Source of the DNA: a bacterium
Lineage (GTDB): Bacteria; Armatimonadota; Chthonomonadetes; Chthonomonadales; CAJBBX01
Direction: 5' to 3'
NCBI GenBank assembly: GCA_009885735.1
Contig: VFKD01000033.1
Span: forward strand, 1-41,899
Length of the DNA stretch: 41,899 nt
The notes under the pieces were generated by a model. The model was not told the origin of the DNA, made no database searches, and was given only the letters and a program-made list of their open reading frames with translations. Of this stretch, positions 24,149 to 32,641 are shown piece by piece. A program made the position numbers and the translations under genes. Position 1 is the first letter of the stretch. Every line of letters starts with the position of its first letter.

Positions 24149-25044
24149 CGACTAAATCCTGGGAGTGATCGCAGGCTGCTTAATGGCCGTCTTGCACCGC
24201 CACCGCCACCACCGGATCCACCGCCAGCACCGGCTCCTCCGCCTCCTCCGCCACTGCCCATCGAACCCGTGGGCTGCCCACCTGTGTTAGGTGTGGGTGG
24301 CGTCTGTCCTGCAGGCTGAAGTTCGGCTGAAGCCATGGCGATGGTCGTCGAGTACGTCTTGACGCGGCCGTCCCTTCCGACCAACTCGAGGTGTATAGAG
24401 ACAGAAGCCGGCAGCTTGGTGTCTCCCTCGGCAGCCTGTTGGCCCGTATCAGCGCCTCCTCCCGCTGCTGCACTAGCTTCGCCGGCAGGTGGTTCTTCGT
24501 TTGTAAACTGCCACTCGTCCTTTGAGCCCTGTTCAGGGTCTGCGAACGACACTTCTATGTTGAGCACTCTGGAACTGATGGGCAGGGCAGCGCCTGGGGA
24601 TGCCTCGAGAGCTTCGGTTGACGGAGCGCTGGTTGACAGTCGAAACAGGGATCGCGAGGCAGCTTCGAAGCGGTAAGCGACCAGCGCGATATCGCTCTGC
24701 GGACCTGCTGTGACTTCAGAATCCGCGTCCTCGTTAAGACTGCTCTCGGCAAGCCTGGGAGCCAGGGTGCTAAACGACAAGAGGTCGCCTGAGCCGGAGT
24801 TCTGTCCCACAAAATACGTAGCGCGATTCGAGCCGGATGCAATGGCGCTCCTCAGGTCGTGCCGAAGTAGATGAATGATTGCAGATGCCTCCTGCATGTC
24901 CTCCGCGGTAGACTCAGCGTTCTCTCTCGCGCGGACCGCGGTTGTGAGCGCAAATGCCGTGGCTGTGGTGATGATCGCAAAGATGATGATAGCGACCAGC
25001 ATCTCGATCAGCGTGTATCCTGGCGACAACGAGGTTCTTCTCAT
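24145..25044 (-). CDS. gspJ: Minor pseudopilin GspJ-like with a poly-Gly C-terminal tract
   Basis: Prepilin-type N-terminus LSPG|YTLIEMLVAIIIFAII. ATG 25044 lies immediately after the upstream stop (25046). The C-terminus is GSMGSGGGGGGAGAGGGSGGGGGGARRP. Confidence 0.65.
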   Translation of the reverse strand: MRRTSLSPGYTLIEMLVAIIIFAIITTATAFALTTAVRARENAESTAEDMQEASAIIHLLRHDLRSAIASGSNRATYFVGQNSGSGDLLSFSTLAPRLAESSLNEDADSEVTAGPQSDIALVAYRFEAASRSLFRLSTSAPSTEALEASPGAALPISSRVLNIEVSFADPEQGSKDEWQFTNEEPPAGEASAAAGGGADTGQQAAEGDTKLPASVSIHLELVGRDGRVKTYSTTIAMASAELQPAGQTPPTPNTGGQPTGSMGSGGGGGGAGAGGGSGGGGGGARRPLSSLRSLPGFSR

Positions 25045-25045
25045 G

Positions 25046-25468
25046 CTATGCGCCTTCTTCTTCCGGCTCAGCCTCATAAGATGTGAACTCTGCAAATCTC
25101 TCTCGGGCGCCGCTTCGCCACTTTATTGTTATGCTGACGCGCAGCAGCCCGTCCACATCGGCGGGAGTTACAGACTGGGTGTAGGAGAATGTCGGATGTT
25201 CCTCTCCAAACTCGCCCTCGTGGTCGCCTGCTGTAAGTTCACTTTGGGGATTCGTGGCTATCTCCCCGAAGCGTTGCTCTGCAAGTAGAGCGGCCGTGCT
25301 GTACTCGTTCGAAATAGCTGTACTGACCTGAGCGGCAGCGAGCGCCATGAGAGTGGCCGTGACGCCCACGAACAGCAGCACCGTGGCCACGATCATCTCG
25401 ATTAGCGTGAAAGCGTGCTCTCGGCGTCGCAATGTCCCACCTCTAGGTGCGTGAAGCGGAGAAATCAA
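25046..25468 (-). CDS. gspI: Minor pseudopilin GspI-like
   Basis: 140 aa with prepilin-type N-terminus REHA|FTLIEMIVATVLLFVGV. There is a 4-nt start/stop overlap with the upstream gene. Confidence 0.7.
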   Translation of the reverse strand: MISPLHAPRGGTLRRREHAFTLIEMIVATVLLFVGVTATLMALAAAQVSTAISNEYSTAALLAEQRFGEIATNPQSELTAGDHEGEFGEEHPTFSYTQSVTPADVDGLLRVSITIKWRSGARERFAEFTSYEAEPEEEGA

Positions 25469-26064
25469 AGGCTGTCTCGAAGGTCCTGGCGCTCGACTCG
25501 TCCCGTTGCAGGAATCACCAGCATCCGAACGCCGTATCCGCTCGCGGCGGCGATCGTGATCTGGGCGCCATTGCTGCTGCCATCCTCGTGAAACACTATT
25601 CGAGGCAGATCGTTTCTGGTCGAGCCGGCTCCACCTTGGCCGCCGCCTGCCTGTAGGTCTGCCTCGGCAACGTCCGGATTAAGAAAGAGGGGCTCCACCG
25701 CCACACCGGCTAGACTCGTGCCTTTCTCCTCTATGGCCACTGGAACGTCCGTATCCCGCACCGCGATGCCGCCCGACGCAATGAATGCGCCTTGCCCTGG
25801 ATCATAGGCTACCGTGCAGTCACTCCCGCTGGAGATGGCCGCGCCTCGTGCGGCCGAAAGAAAACCCAAAACCTGCTGGACTGTCTTGTCGAACTCGGCG
25901 CGTGCAAGAAACCGGGTGTAAGCAGGCACGACCATGCTGGAGAGCACAGCGATGATGATGATGAGCACCGTCATCTCGACAAAGGTGAAGCCGCGCAATC
26001 TATACTTTACGGATGTGATCCGCGGCTGCCTTACCTTCCATCTACTCACCGACCCACGTGTCAC
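25465..26064 (-). CDS. gspH: Minor pseudopilin GspH-like
   Basis: 199 aa with RLRG|FTFVEMTVLIIIIAVLSSMVVPAY and the GspH-like ...FDKTVQQVLGFLSAARGAAI. It starts 2 nt after the gspG stop. Confidence 0.7.
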   Translation of the reverse strand: MTRGSVSRWKVRQPRITSVKYRLRGFTFVEMTVLIIIIAVLSSMVVPAYTRFLARAEFDKTVQQVLGFLSAARGAAISSGSDCTVAYDPGQGAFIASGGIAVRDTDVPVAIEEKGTSLAGVAVEPLFLNPDVAEADLQAGGGQGGAGSTRNDLPRIVFHEDGSSNGAQITIAAASGYGVRMLVIPATGRVERQDLRDSL

Positions 26065-26066
26065 GA

Positions 26067-26504
26067 CTACTTTGTGCCCCAGCTCGTAATGTCATCCTCG
26101 GTTCCAGCCTTGCCGTCAGGCCCGACGGACGACACGTCGTAGTCCACGCTGTGCTCACCTGGGTACGTGTAGATGTATGGCTGTCCCCATGGATCCTTAG
26201 GAAGTCCGGTCTTGAGGTAGGGGCCGTTCCACTTCGGACTGCTCTCAATGTTTGAGTCGAGAGCGGTCATTCCCTGGTCTCCATTGGGATAGGCGCCGGT
26301 GTCGAGCTTATAAAGCTCCATGGCGGTGTTGAAGGCTGCAATGTCGGACGCGGCTTTGGCGATCTTTGCGTCATCAGTGCGGCCAATGACGCGAGGAATC
26401 ACCACCGCCGCGAGAATGGCTAGGATGATGATAACGACCAGCAGTTCGATGAGCGTGAATCCGCGGCTTGCGCGGTGGGTGCGGCCTGTTAGTCCCGGTT
26501 TCAT
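26067..26504 (-). CDS. gspG: Major pseudopilin GspG
   Basis: SRG|FTLIELLVVIIILAILAAVVIPR..., with the hallmark GspG motifs KAASDIAAFNTAMELYKLDTGAYP and DPWGQPYIY. ATG 26504 is preceded by AGGAGA. The ORF track start at 26528 is 8 codons longer. Confidence 0.93.
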   Translation of the reverse strand: MKPGLTGRTHRASRGFTLIELLVVIIILAILAAVVIPRVIGRTDDAKIAKAASDIAAFNTAMELYKLDTGAYPNGDQGMTALDSNIESSPKWNGPYLKTGLPKDPWGQPYIYTYPGEHSVDYDVSSVGPDGKAGTEDDITSWGTK

Positions 26505-26554
26505 TTCAATCTCTCCTATGCGGCCCATGAGCCTCTGGCCCTGCCGCTGGAACT

Positions 26555-27805
26555 CTACTTCACGATGGTGTTTGCCTGGAAGATGGGCAGTAGGATCGAA
26601 AGCACAACAAACCCTACGAATCCGCCCATTAAGAGGACTACCAACGGCTCAACCAGGCTCGTGAGCCGCCGCAGCGCGTTGTCTACTTCAAAGTCCAGTG
26701 TATCAGAAGTTCGCACAAGCATTGCGGGCAAGCGCCCAGTCTCTTCGCCCACGGCAGACATATGAACGATGAGTGGGAGGAACCCTCCTGCTCTAGCCAT
26801 TGAGGAGGAGAGCGTCTCACCCTGCCGCACTCCGTCGCGGCTGTCCAGGATGGCCGCCTCCGTCACCGCGTTGCCCACCGCGCTGGCGGATATCTCCATC
26901 GAGTCGAGGATGGCCACTCCGCCTCCGAGCAGGGTCCCGAGAGTACGAGCGTAGCGGGACATGGTGATCTTCTTGGTTAAGGCGCCCAAGAGCGGCGCCG
27001 ACAGTCGAAATGTGTCCACCGTCCTGCGGCCACTCACTGAGTTCGCCCATCCGCGAAAGAGCGTTGCAAGAAGAAAGCCGCCGAGCAGAATTGCCCACCA
27101 GTAGTTCTGTATGAAGCCGGACGCTCCAAGCAGCATTTGAGTAGGCAGCGGCAGGTCGGCCCCTAGGTCCTTGAAGACGGCCTGCAGGCGCGGGATCACG
27201 AACGTGAGCAAGAATGTCACCGCTAGCAGCGCCACGGTGATGAGCACGGAAGGGTAGGTGAGAGCAGCCATAATCTGGCTGCGCCGAACCTGCTCCTTCT
27301 CCATGAACTCTGCGAGCCTTGCCATCACCGACGCCAGTTCACCGGACACCTCGCCGGCGTGGATCATGTTCGCATATAGAGCGGGAAACTCCCGTGGGAA
27401 GTTCCGCAGTGCATCCGAGAGCGGCTTGCCTGCCCGAACGTCCGCCTGCAGCTTGCGAACCATGGCTTGAAGAGAGGCATGATCACTCTGCTCGATGAGC
27501 ACGCTCAGAGCGCGGTCGATCGGCAGGCCCGCATCGATGAGGTCAGCCAGCTCCCTTGTGAAGAGCAGAATCTGCACCCTGGGGATGCGCTTGCCTTCGG
27601 CGGACGGATCGCCCTCCGCCTTCGGCGCGCCGCGCTTCATCATGTCGGCTATGGGCCGAGCAGCGGCGCCACCTGCCGAGACCTCCACGGGGAAGAAGCC
27701 CATGCCGCGAACCTTGCCCGCCGCGTCTTGGGAGTCGCGGCCTTGAATGTCGCCCTTCACCTCTTTGCCGTTGCGGTCAATCGCTATGTATCTAAAGTCG
27801 CCCAT
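26555..27805 (-). CDS. gspF: Type II secretion inner-membrane platform protein GspF/PilC
   Basis: It has the duplicated GspF-domain architecture with three TM segments and matches the GspF/PilC family over its whole length. ATG 27805 (MGDFRYIAIDRNGKEV) is 5 nt after the gspE stop. Confidence 0.93.
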   Translation of the reverse strand: MGDFRYIAIDRNGKEVKGDIQGRDSQDAAGKVRGMGFFPVEVSAGGAAARPIADMMKRGAPKAEGDPSAEGKRIPRVQILLFTRELADLIDAGLPIDRALSVLIEQSDHASLQAMVRKLQADVRAGKPLSDALRNFPREFPALYANMIHAGEVSGELASVMARLAEFMEKEQVRRSQIMAALTYPSVLITVALLAVTFLLTFVIPRLQAVFKDLGADLPLPTQMLLGASGFIQNYWWAILLGGFLLATLFRGWANSVSGRRTVDTFRLSAPLLGALTKKITMSRYARTLGTLLGGGVAILDSMEISASAVGNAVTEAAILDSRDGVRQGETLSSSMARAGGFLPLIVHMSAVGEETGRLPAMLVRTSDTLDFEVDNALRRLTSLVEPLVVLLMGGFVGFVVLSILLPIFQANTIVK

Positions 27806-27810
27806 GGATA

Positions 27811-29514
27811 TTAATCGAAGTCCTCGCGCTGGCAAACGCGCAGAACTTCCTTCACGGTGGTCTCGCCCGCGAGCGCTCGGCGGCGGCCATCTTGCATCAG
27901 AGTCACCATGCCCTGATTCGTCATCGCGTGCTGCTTGATGACGTTGGACGGCTCGCGCTTAACGATCATCTGGCGAACGGCATCGTCAACGGTGAGCATC
28001 TCGTAGATTCCGCCTCGGCCTCGGAAGCCAACTCCGCGGCACTCGGGGCACCCCTCGCCGGCCATCAGCGTGGCCGTTGCCATATCCTTCTCCGTGACGC
28101 CGATCTCGCCCAGCTCAATCTTACTCGCTTCCACTGGGTGCTTGCAGCGAGGGCAGTTGATGCGCACGAGGCGTTGGGCAACCACGCCGATGAGAGACGA
28201 CGCAACGAGATACGGCTCCGCGCCCATGTCCATCAGGCGGCTCACTGCGCCGGCTGCGTCGTTGGTGTGGAGCGTGCTGAACACCAGGTGGCCGGTGAGC
28301 GCGGCGTGAATGGCGATCTCCACCGTCTCGTGGTCTCGGATCTCTCCCACCATGATGATGTCCGGGTCTTGGCGAACGATGTGCCGCAGTCCGTTTGCAA
28401 ACGTGAGCCCGATCTGCGGATGCACCTGCATCTGGTTGACGCCGTTGAGCTGGTACTCCACGGGGTCCTCGACCGTGATGATTTTCTTCTCGGGCGAGAA
28501 TATCTCGTTGAGCGCCGCATAGAGCGTGGTAGTCTTTCCGGAGCCTGTTGGCCCGGTAACCAAGATGATGCCGTGCGGCTCCTGGATTAGGCGCGTGAAT
28601 CGGTCGAACATCTCGCCCTGCAGTCCAAGCTCGGGCAGGCCCAGCATGGCGGTCTGTTTGTCCAGGATTCGCATCACGGCGCTTTCGCCAAAGAGAGTAG
28701 GGATGGTGGAGATGCGGAGGTCGATCTGCCGTCCCCCCGCGCGAATTCGCATGCGACCGTCCTGGGGAAGGCGTCGCTCCGCGATGTTCATGTCCGAGAG
28801 AATCTTGATGCGCGATAGGATGGCTGGATGAAGGCGCTTGGGCGGCGCGTTTTGCTCGTGCAGCACCCCGTCTATGCGGTAGCGAACGCGCAAGTCTCGC
28901 TCGAAGGGCTCGATGTGAATGTCCGAGGCACGCTCTTGGATGGCCTGGTTGATGATCAGGTTAACCATCTGGATGACGAGCTCTTCGCGCGCCATCTTCT
29001 GCAAGTCAGCTACATCGAGGCTCTCATCTTCGAGCGATGCGTGATCCTGCTCGCTGACGTCCTGCAGCATGCGGCTCATATAGTACTGCTCAATGGCGCG
29101 GCGAATGTCGCTTGGCGGGGCTAGCACTGCCCGTACCTCGCAACCCGTAAGAAGGGTGAGGTCGTCGAGCGACTGGATGTCGAGCGGATCCGCCATGGCT
29201 ACGGTGAGGGAATGGTCGGTGGTGCTGAGCGGCAGGAGGCGGTGCCGGAGAGCAAACTCGCTTGGTACAAGTTTGAGCGCCTCGGGGTCCGGCGGCTCAG
29301 CATTCAGGTCGACCAGGGGACACTCGAGCTGGCGCGAGAGAGCCGCGAGCATCGTCGCCTCGGAGACGGACCGCATGTCAACCAGAACTTCGCCGATGCG
29401 TTTCGTGTGCCCGAGCCGACGCTGCTCGGCAAGACCGTGGTCAAGCTGCGCCTGCGTAATCTCGCCCGAATCCACCAGGAGCATTCCCAGTGGCGCCCGC
29501 TTAACCGTTAGCAA
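27811..29514 (-). CDS. gspE: Type II secretion / type IV pilus assembly ATPase GspE/PilB
   Basis: It has an MshEN/T2SSE_N-like N-domain (LGMLLVDSGEITQAQLDHGLAEQ), Walker A GPTGSGKTTT, Asp and His boxes, and a tetracysteine motif (CPRCKHP...CPECRGVG). A TTG at 29514 is preceded by GGAGG with a 5-nt spacer. The maximal ORF extends to a TTG at 29646. Confidence 0.92.
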   Translation of the reverse strand: MLTVKRAPLGMLLVDSGEITQAQLDHGLAEQRRLGHTKRIGEVLVDMRSVSEATMLAALSRQLECPLVDLNAEPPDPEALKLVPSEFALRHRLLPLSTTDHSLTVAMADPLDIQSLDDLTLLTGCEVRAVLAPPSDIRRAIEQYYMSRMLQDVSEQDHASLEDESLDVADLQKMAREELVIQMVNLIINQAIQERASDIHIEPFERDLRVRYRIDGVLHEQNAPPKRLHPAILSRIKILSDMNIAERRLPQDGRMRIRAGGRQIDLRISTIPTLFGESAVMRILDKQTAMLGLPELGLQGEMFDRFTRLIQEPHGIILVTGPTGSGKTTTLYAALNEIFSPEKKIITVEDPVEYQLNGVNQMQVHPQIGLTFANGLRHIVRQDPDIIMVGEIRDHETVEIAIHAALTGHLVFSTLHTNDAAGAVSRLMDMGAEPYLVASSLIGVVAQRLVRINCPRCKHPVEASKIELGEIGVTEKDMATATLMAGEGCPECRGVGFRGRGGIYEMLTVDDAVRQMIVKREPSNVIKQHAMTNQGMVTLMQDGRRRALAGETTVKEVLRVCQREDFD

Positions 29515-29727
29515 CTCTTCCTCCACGCAATCCTGCGATTTGTTTGTGACGAGCGACGGTTGCGAGCGTGCGCACTGACATGGCGCTAGCTCAGTGCGAC
29601 CGCGCATGCATCTTCCGGCAGTATGATAGACGGATGTTCGCCGCAAGTGTTACAAGCAAACATGCTGGTTCTGCGGCGAATGATGGCGCAAGGCTCCGCT
29701 TCACACAGGGCGAGAAGCTGCCGAGGG

Positions 29728-30582
29728 CTACCGTGAAATCACAACGGTCTCTGTCAACTGCCCTGCCGGAAGGCTTAGTTCATAAGCCTGAGCCGGCGCA
29801 GCTATCTCGAAACTCACCGAGCCCCCACCGATTGAGATGGGTGCGCCGCCACCTCCCCCTGGGCTGAACATCATCGTTCCTCCCGGCGCTCCACTGCCTC
29901 CGCGACCTCCTCGTCCTCCGCCAGGGCCGCCGCCGCCCCGACCTCCTGGACCCCTTGCCGGCTGACCCTCGGCGCCAGGACTTGCAACACCGCCCGAACC
30001 TGCGCCTGCGCCATCACCGCTGCCACCCTGCAAGTACGGCGCGCTCTTGTCGAGCGGGGTGAGGCTGAAGTCCTGCTTCATGGCGAGCGTACGTTCGGTT
30101 GTCCCAAGTCGGATTGAGATCGATTCCATCGTGATCTTCTCAATCACTCCGCCGAGGAGCGGATCGCCGACACCCAGATATCTCCCTGCCTTGGTCTTCG
30201 GGTCCTCTACCATAGCGAGCGTTTCAGTTCCGTTTACCACCATCCCGCTGAAGATTGGTTCAGGCTCCTGCGGCGCGGAGGGTACGGCTGGAGTAGGTGC
30301 GACAGGGACGGGCGTAACTGGCGAGGGAGCGGTAGGTGGCGCAGGCACTCCAAACAAGCCGGCCCGAATCCCGGCTTGGTACGAAGCAAGAGACGCCCGC
30401 GCTGAGATGGTGCTTCCCGGCGTGATCTCTATCTCGGCTGCTTTGCTAGATGCGTCAGATGCGTCGGCGAGCAGCTTCTGCAGGGGTGACTTCGGCCAGG
30501 CGACACCTGCGACCGCCAGGGCGCAGCCCGCAGCGACACAAACCAACAGTCCAGCTCGCCTGCCAACAAATCTGCGTACCAT
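29728..30582 (-). CDS. GspC/PilP-like protein, paralog of 19732..20574, with Gly/Arg-rich tract
   Basis: N-terminal anchor (LLVCVAAGCALAVAGVA), a Pro-rich linker, and the core FSGMVVNGTETLAMVEDPKTKAGRYLGVGDPLLGGVIEKITMESISI...DFSLTPLDKSAPYL. This core is colinear with the 280-aa protein (..DFSLTPLNKSAAYL). A GGRGGGGPGGGRGGRGGSG tract follows. It is the first gene of the minus-strand cluster. Confidence 0.7.
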   Translation of the reverse strand: MVRRFVGRRAGLLVCVAAGCALAVAGVAWPKSPLQKLLADASDASSKAAEIEITPGSTISARASLASYQAGIRAGLFGVPAPPTAPSPVTPVPVAPTPAVPSAPQEPEPIFSGMVVNGTETLAMVEDPKTKAGRYLGVGDPLLGGVIEKITMESISIRLGTTERTLAMKQDFSLTPLDKSAPYLQGGSGDGAGAGSGGVASPGAEGQPARGPGGRGGGGPGGGRGGRGGSGAPGGTMMFSPGGGGGAPISIGGGSVSFEIAAPAQAYELSLPAGQLTETVVISR

Positions 30583-30879
30583 GTGTGTAGATCCTCTCAG
30601 CCTGAAGAGCCGGTAGAAGGCAATTAGCCCAGGTTCGCCTCGAACTGGGGCAAATCACCGCAAACTTCTTGTGTAACTCACGGGTCGCAACAACGTATAG
30701 TATGTTAGATGCTCTTATACCCGGAATGGGTTCAGCAAGTTAACTTTGAATCCGATAATATAGACAGTTGGGTCGGAGGAGTTCCGCGACAGCGCCGAGA
30801 ATCGGTTTGGGTCCGTCGGGTGGTTGCCACTGACGATGGGCGACTTCAATAGTGTTAGGTGAAAGGGGATCATCGCGGG

Positions 30880-31170
30880 ATGACTGATCAAGTAGACCAG
30901 GGCGGGCAGTTGGGTAGCACCCTGATGGTGTTTTTGTTGGGAGTGGCCGTGGGCGCTACGGTTGCGATCCTTTATGCGCCGGCCTCCGGGACCGAGACGC
31001 GAGCCCAAATAGCGGATAAGGCAGGGCACCTGAAGGAGCGGGCATCGGATCTTTCGCACCAGGTGGCCGAGAGGGCAGTGGAGATTAAGGATCGGGTTGT
31101 AGCCAAGGTTCGCAAGAGTGGGGAGCCCGTAGCGGACGGAGTAGATGCCGTCGCGGAGGCGGCAACCTAG
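30880..31170 (+). CDS. YtxH-domain (general-stress-like) small membrane-associated protein
   Basis: FLLGVAVGATVAILYAPASGTETRAQIADKAG matches the YtxH signature (hydrophobic helix followed by AP.SG.ETR), followed by a helical tail. The ATG at 30880 is preferred; the GTG at 30859 is an alternative. Confidence 0.7.
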   Translation: MTDQVDQGGQLGSTLMVFLLGVAVGATVAILYAPASGTETRAQIADKAGHLKERASDLSHQVAERAVEIKDRVVAKVRKSGEPVADGVDAVAEAAT

Positions 31171-31203
31171 ATCGGGCAGCAGTGTCGCACACGTTAGTCC
31201 AAA

Positions 31204-31238
31204 GCGGACCGGCGCGATGCGCCGGTCCGCTTTTCGTT
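31204..31238 (+). terminator. Rho-independent terminator after the ytxH-like gene
   Basis: Perfect 12-bp stem gcggaccggcgc/gcgccggtccgc (31204-31215 / 31219-31230) followed by ttttcgttt. Confidence 0.85.
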
Positions 31239-31399
31239 TGTTGCTCCACGTACGATGCTTTAGCAAACCGCCCGGGCCGTGCGAAACGAAGTTGGCACGA
31301 AACCTAGACTTCGTGCGTATACATGAATACCGTGGCTGTTGGGCTGCGGTTTGCCGCCGTCGCATGCGGCGAAGAACAACTGAAAGCAAGTGCAAGACC

Positions 31400-32398
31400 A
31401 TGAAGACATCAACAAATCGATCTTTCGACGTCCGATCTGCTCGCCCCTCGAGGGCGGCTGTACGCTCGCTCAAAGTTGCCGAGCGCGTGGATGCGCTCGT
31501 CTACGCCTGCCCGGATGGAACTGCGGATGTGGAGCGGGTGCGTGCGGGAGTTAGGGTTGCCGCGCGCGATACCGATCATGGCATTGCCGACTACTGGTCG
31601 CTTGCAAGCGGCAAGGCGCCGCTTCTCAATGCTGCTCAGGAACTGGTCCTGGCGAAGCAGATACGCGCAGGGAGCCGAAGCGCTCGCGAGGCTATGATGA
31701 ACGCGAACGTGCGCTTGGTTGCGTCTGTTGTCCGGCGCTATGTCGGGCGAGGAATGCCGCTTGAGGACCTGATGCAGGAGGGAATCATTGGTCTTCTGAG
31801 GGCTGTGGAGAAGTATGACCACACCAGAGGCTACCGATTCAGCACGTATGCAACCTACTGGATTCGGCAGGCTGTGACGCGCTCGCTTGCCAACCAGGGC
31901 AGGTCCATTCGGCTGCCGGCACACGTTGTGGACGCGCATGGCCGACTGTCGCGGCTTCAGGACGAGTTGTTTGGGGAGCTCGGAAGGGCTCCAAGCTGCA
32001 AGGAGCTTGCGGAGAGGGCGGGAATGACGGAAGTGCGCCTCTCGCAACTGCTTCGATGTGCTGCGGAGCCGATCTCGCTGGACGCACCGATCGGTGCAGA
32101 GGGTGACGCACGTATTGGAGATCTCATCTCCACCGACGAAGAGGCGTCACCAGTAGATCGGGCGTTTGATTCGCTCGTTACGAGAGAGATCAATTCGGCT
32201 CTGGAGTGCCTAACGGATCGAGAGAGGGATATCATCGTGCTGCGGTTCGGCCTCAATGACGAGGAGCCGCACACTTTGGAGCAGGCTGGTCACCGACTCC
32301 GGATCACCCGGGAGCGGGCGAGGCAGATCGAGGCACGAGCGTTGGGCAAGCTTCGCGACACAGACGTTAAGGCTCGGCTGCTGGCTGCTATCGACTAG
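31400..32398 (+). CDS. RNA polymerase sigma-70 family factor (RpoD/SigA-like, regions 2-4 present)
   Basis: Region 2 is NVRLVASVVRRY..LEDLMQEGIIGLLRAVEKYD..RGYRFSTYATYWIRQAV. Regions 3 and 4 are present (DRERDIIVLRFGL...TLEQAGHRLRITRERARQIEARAL). ATG 31400 was chosen because the longer ORF (from 31145) would run through the strong terminator at 31204-31238. Confidence 0.9.
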   Translation: MKTSTNRSFDVRSARPSRAAVRSLKVAERVDALVYACPDGTADVERVRAGVRVAARDTDHGIADYWSLASGKAPLLNAAQELVLAKQIRAGSRSAREAMMNANVRLVASVVRRYVGRGMPLEDLMQEGIIGLLRAVEKYDHTRGYRFSTYATYWIRQAVTRSLANQGRSIRLPAHVVDAHGRLSRLQDELFGELGRAPSCKELAERAGMTEVRLSQLLRCAAEPISLDAPIGAEGDARIGDLISTDEEASPVDRAFDSLVTREINSALECLTDRERDIIVLRFGLNDEEPHTLEQAGHRLRITRERARQIEARALGKLRDTDVKARLLAAID

Positions 32399-32430
32399 GC
32401 TCGTTCGTCTCACCGCTGCAAGGACGCAGA

Positions 32431-32470
32431 AGGCCCACTGCCGCCAATTCGGCGCAGTGGGCCTCTTTCT
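32431..32470 (+). terminator. Rho-independent terminator after the sigma factor gene
   Basis: 14-bp stem with one bulge (aggcccactgccgcc / cggcgcagtgggcct), a short loop, then ctttctc. Confidence 0.7.
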
Positions 32471-32490
32471 CAATCCTGTTCACTTAGCCG

Positions 32491-32545
32491 ATTCCGCTCG
32501 TCCTGAGCGCGCCTCAGCCGTATCGAGGCGCAGTCGAAGGATGCG
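32491..32545. repeat. Single copy of the dispersed CCGCTC.TCCTGAGC...GTCGAAGG repeat
   Basis: attccgctcgtcctgagcgcgcctcagccgtatcgaggcgcagtcgaaggatgcg. It is nearly identical to the unit at 1889-1925 plus the GCAGTCGAAGG ends seen at the other loci. Confidence 0.75.
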
Positions 32546-32641
32546 ATGTCGATCCCCTAATTGAATGGTATTGGGCATCTTGCTGCCTGCCCACAGTTCG
32601 CAGGACCCACGATCACTTTCGGTGAACACTAGGTCGCTGAC

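Noticed and set aside
31145-31399. An N-terminal 85-codon extension of the sigma-factor ORF (the ORF-track start at 31145).
   Set aside because: The extension overlaps the end of the ytxH-like gene and contains the perfect 12-bp terminator hairpin at 31204-31238. Sigma-70 homology begins well downstream, so ATG 31400 is a more sensible start.
30715-31473. A 252-aa minus-strand ORF spanning the divergent intergenic region and the ytxH-like gene.
   Set aside because: It runs antisense through a gene with a clear YtxH signature and through a strong plus-strand terminator. Its translation is Arg/Leu/Pro-rich without motifs.
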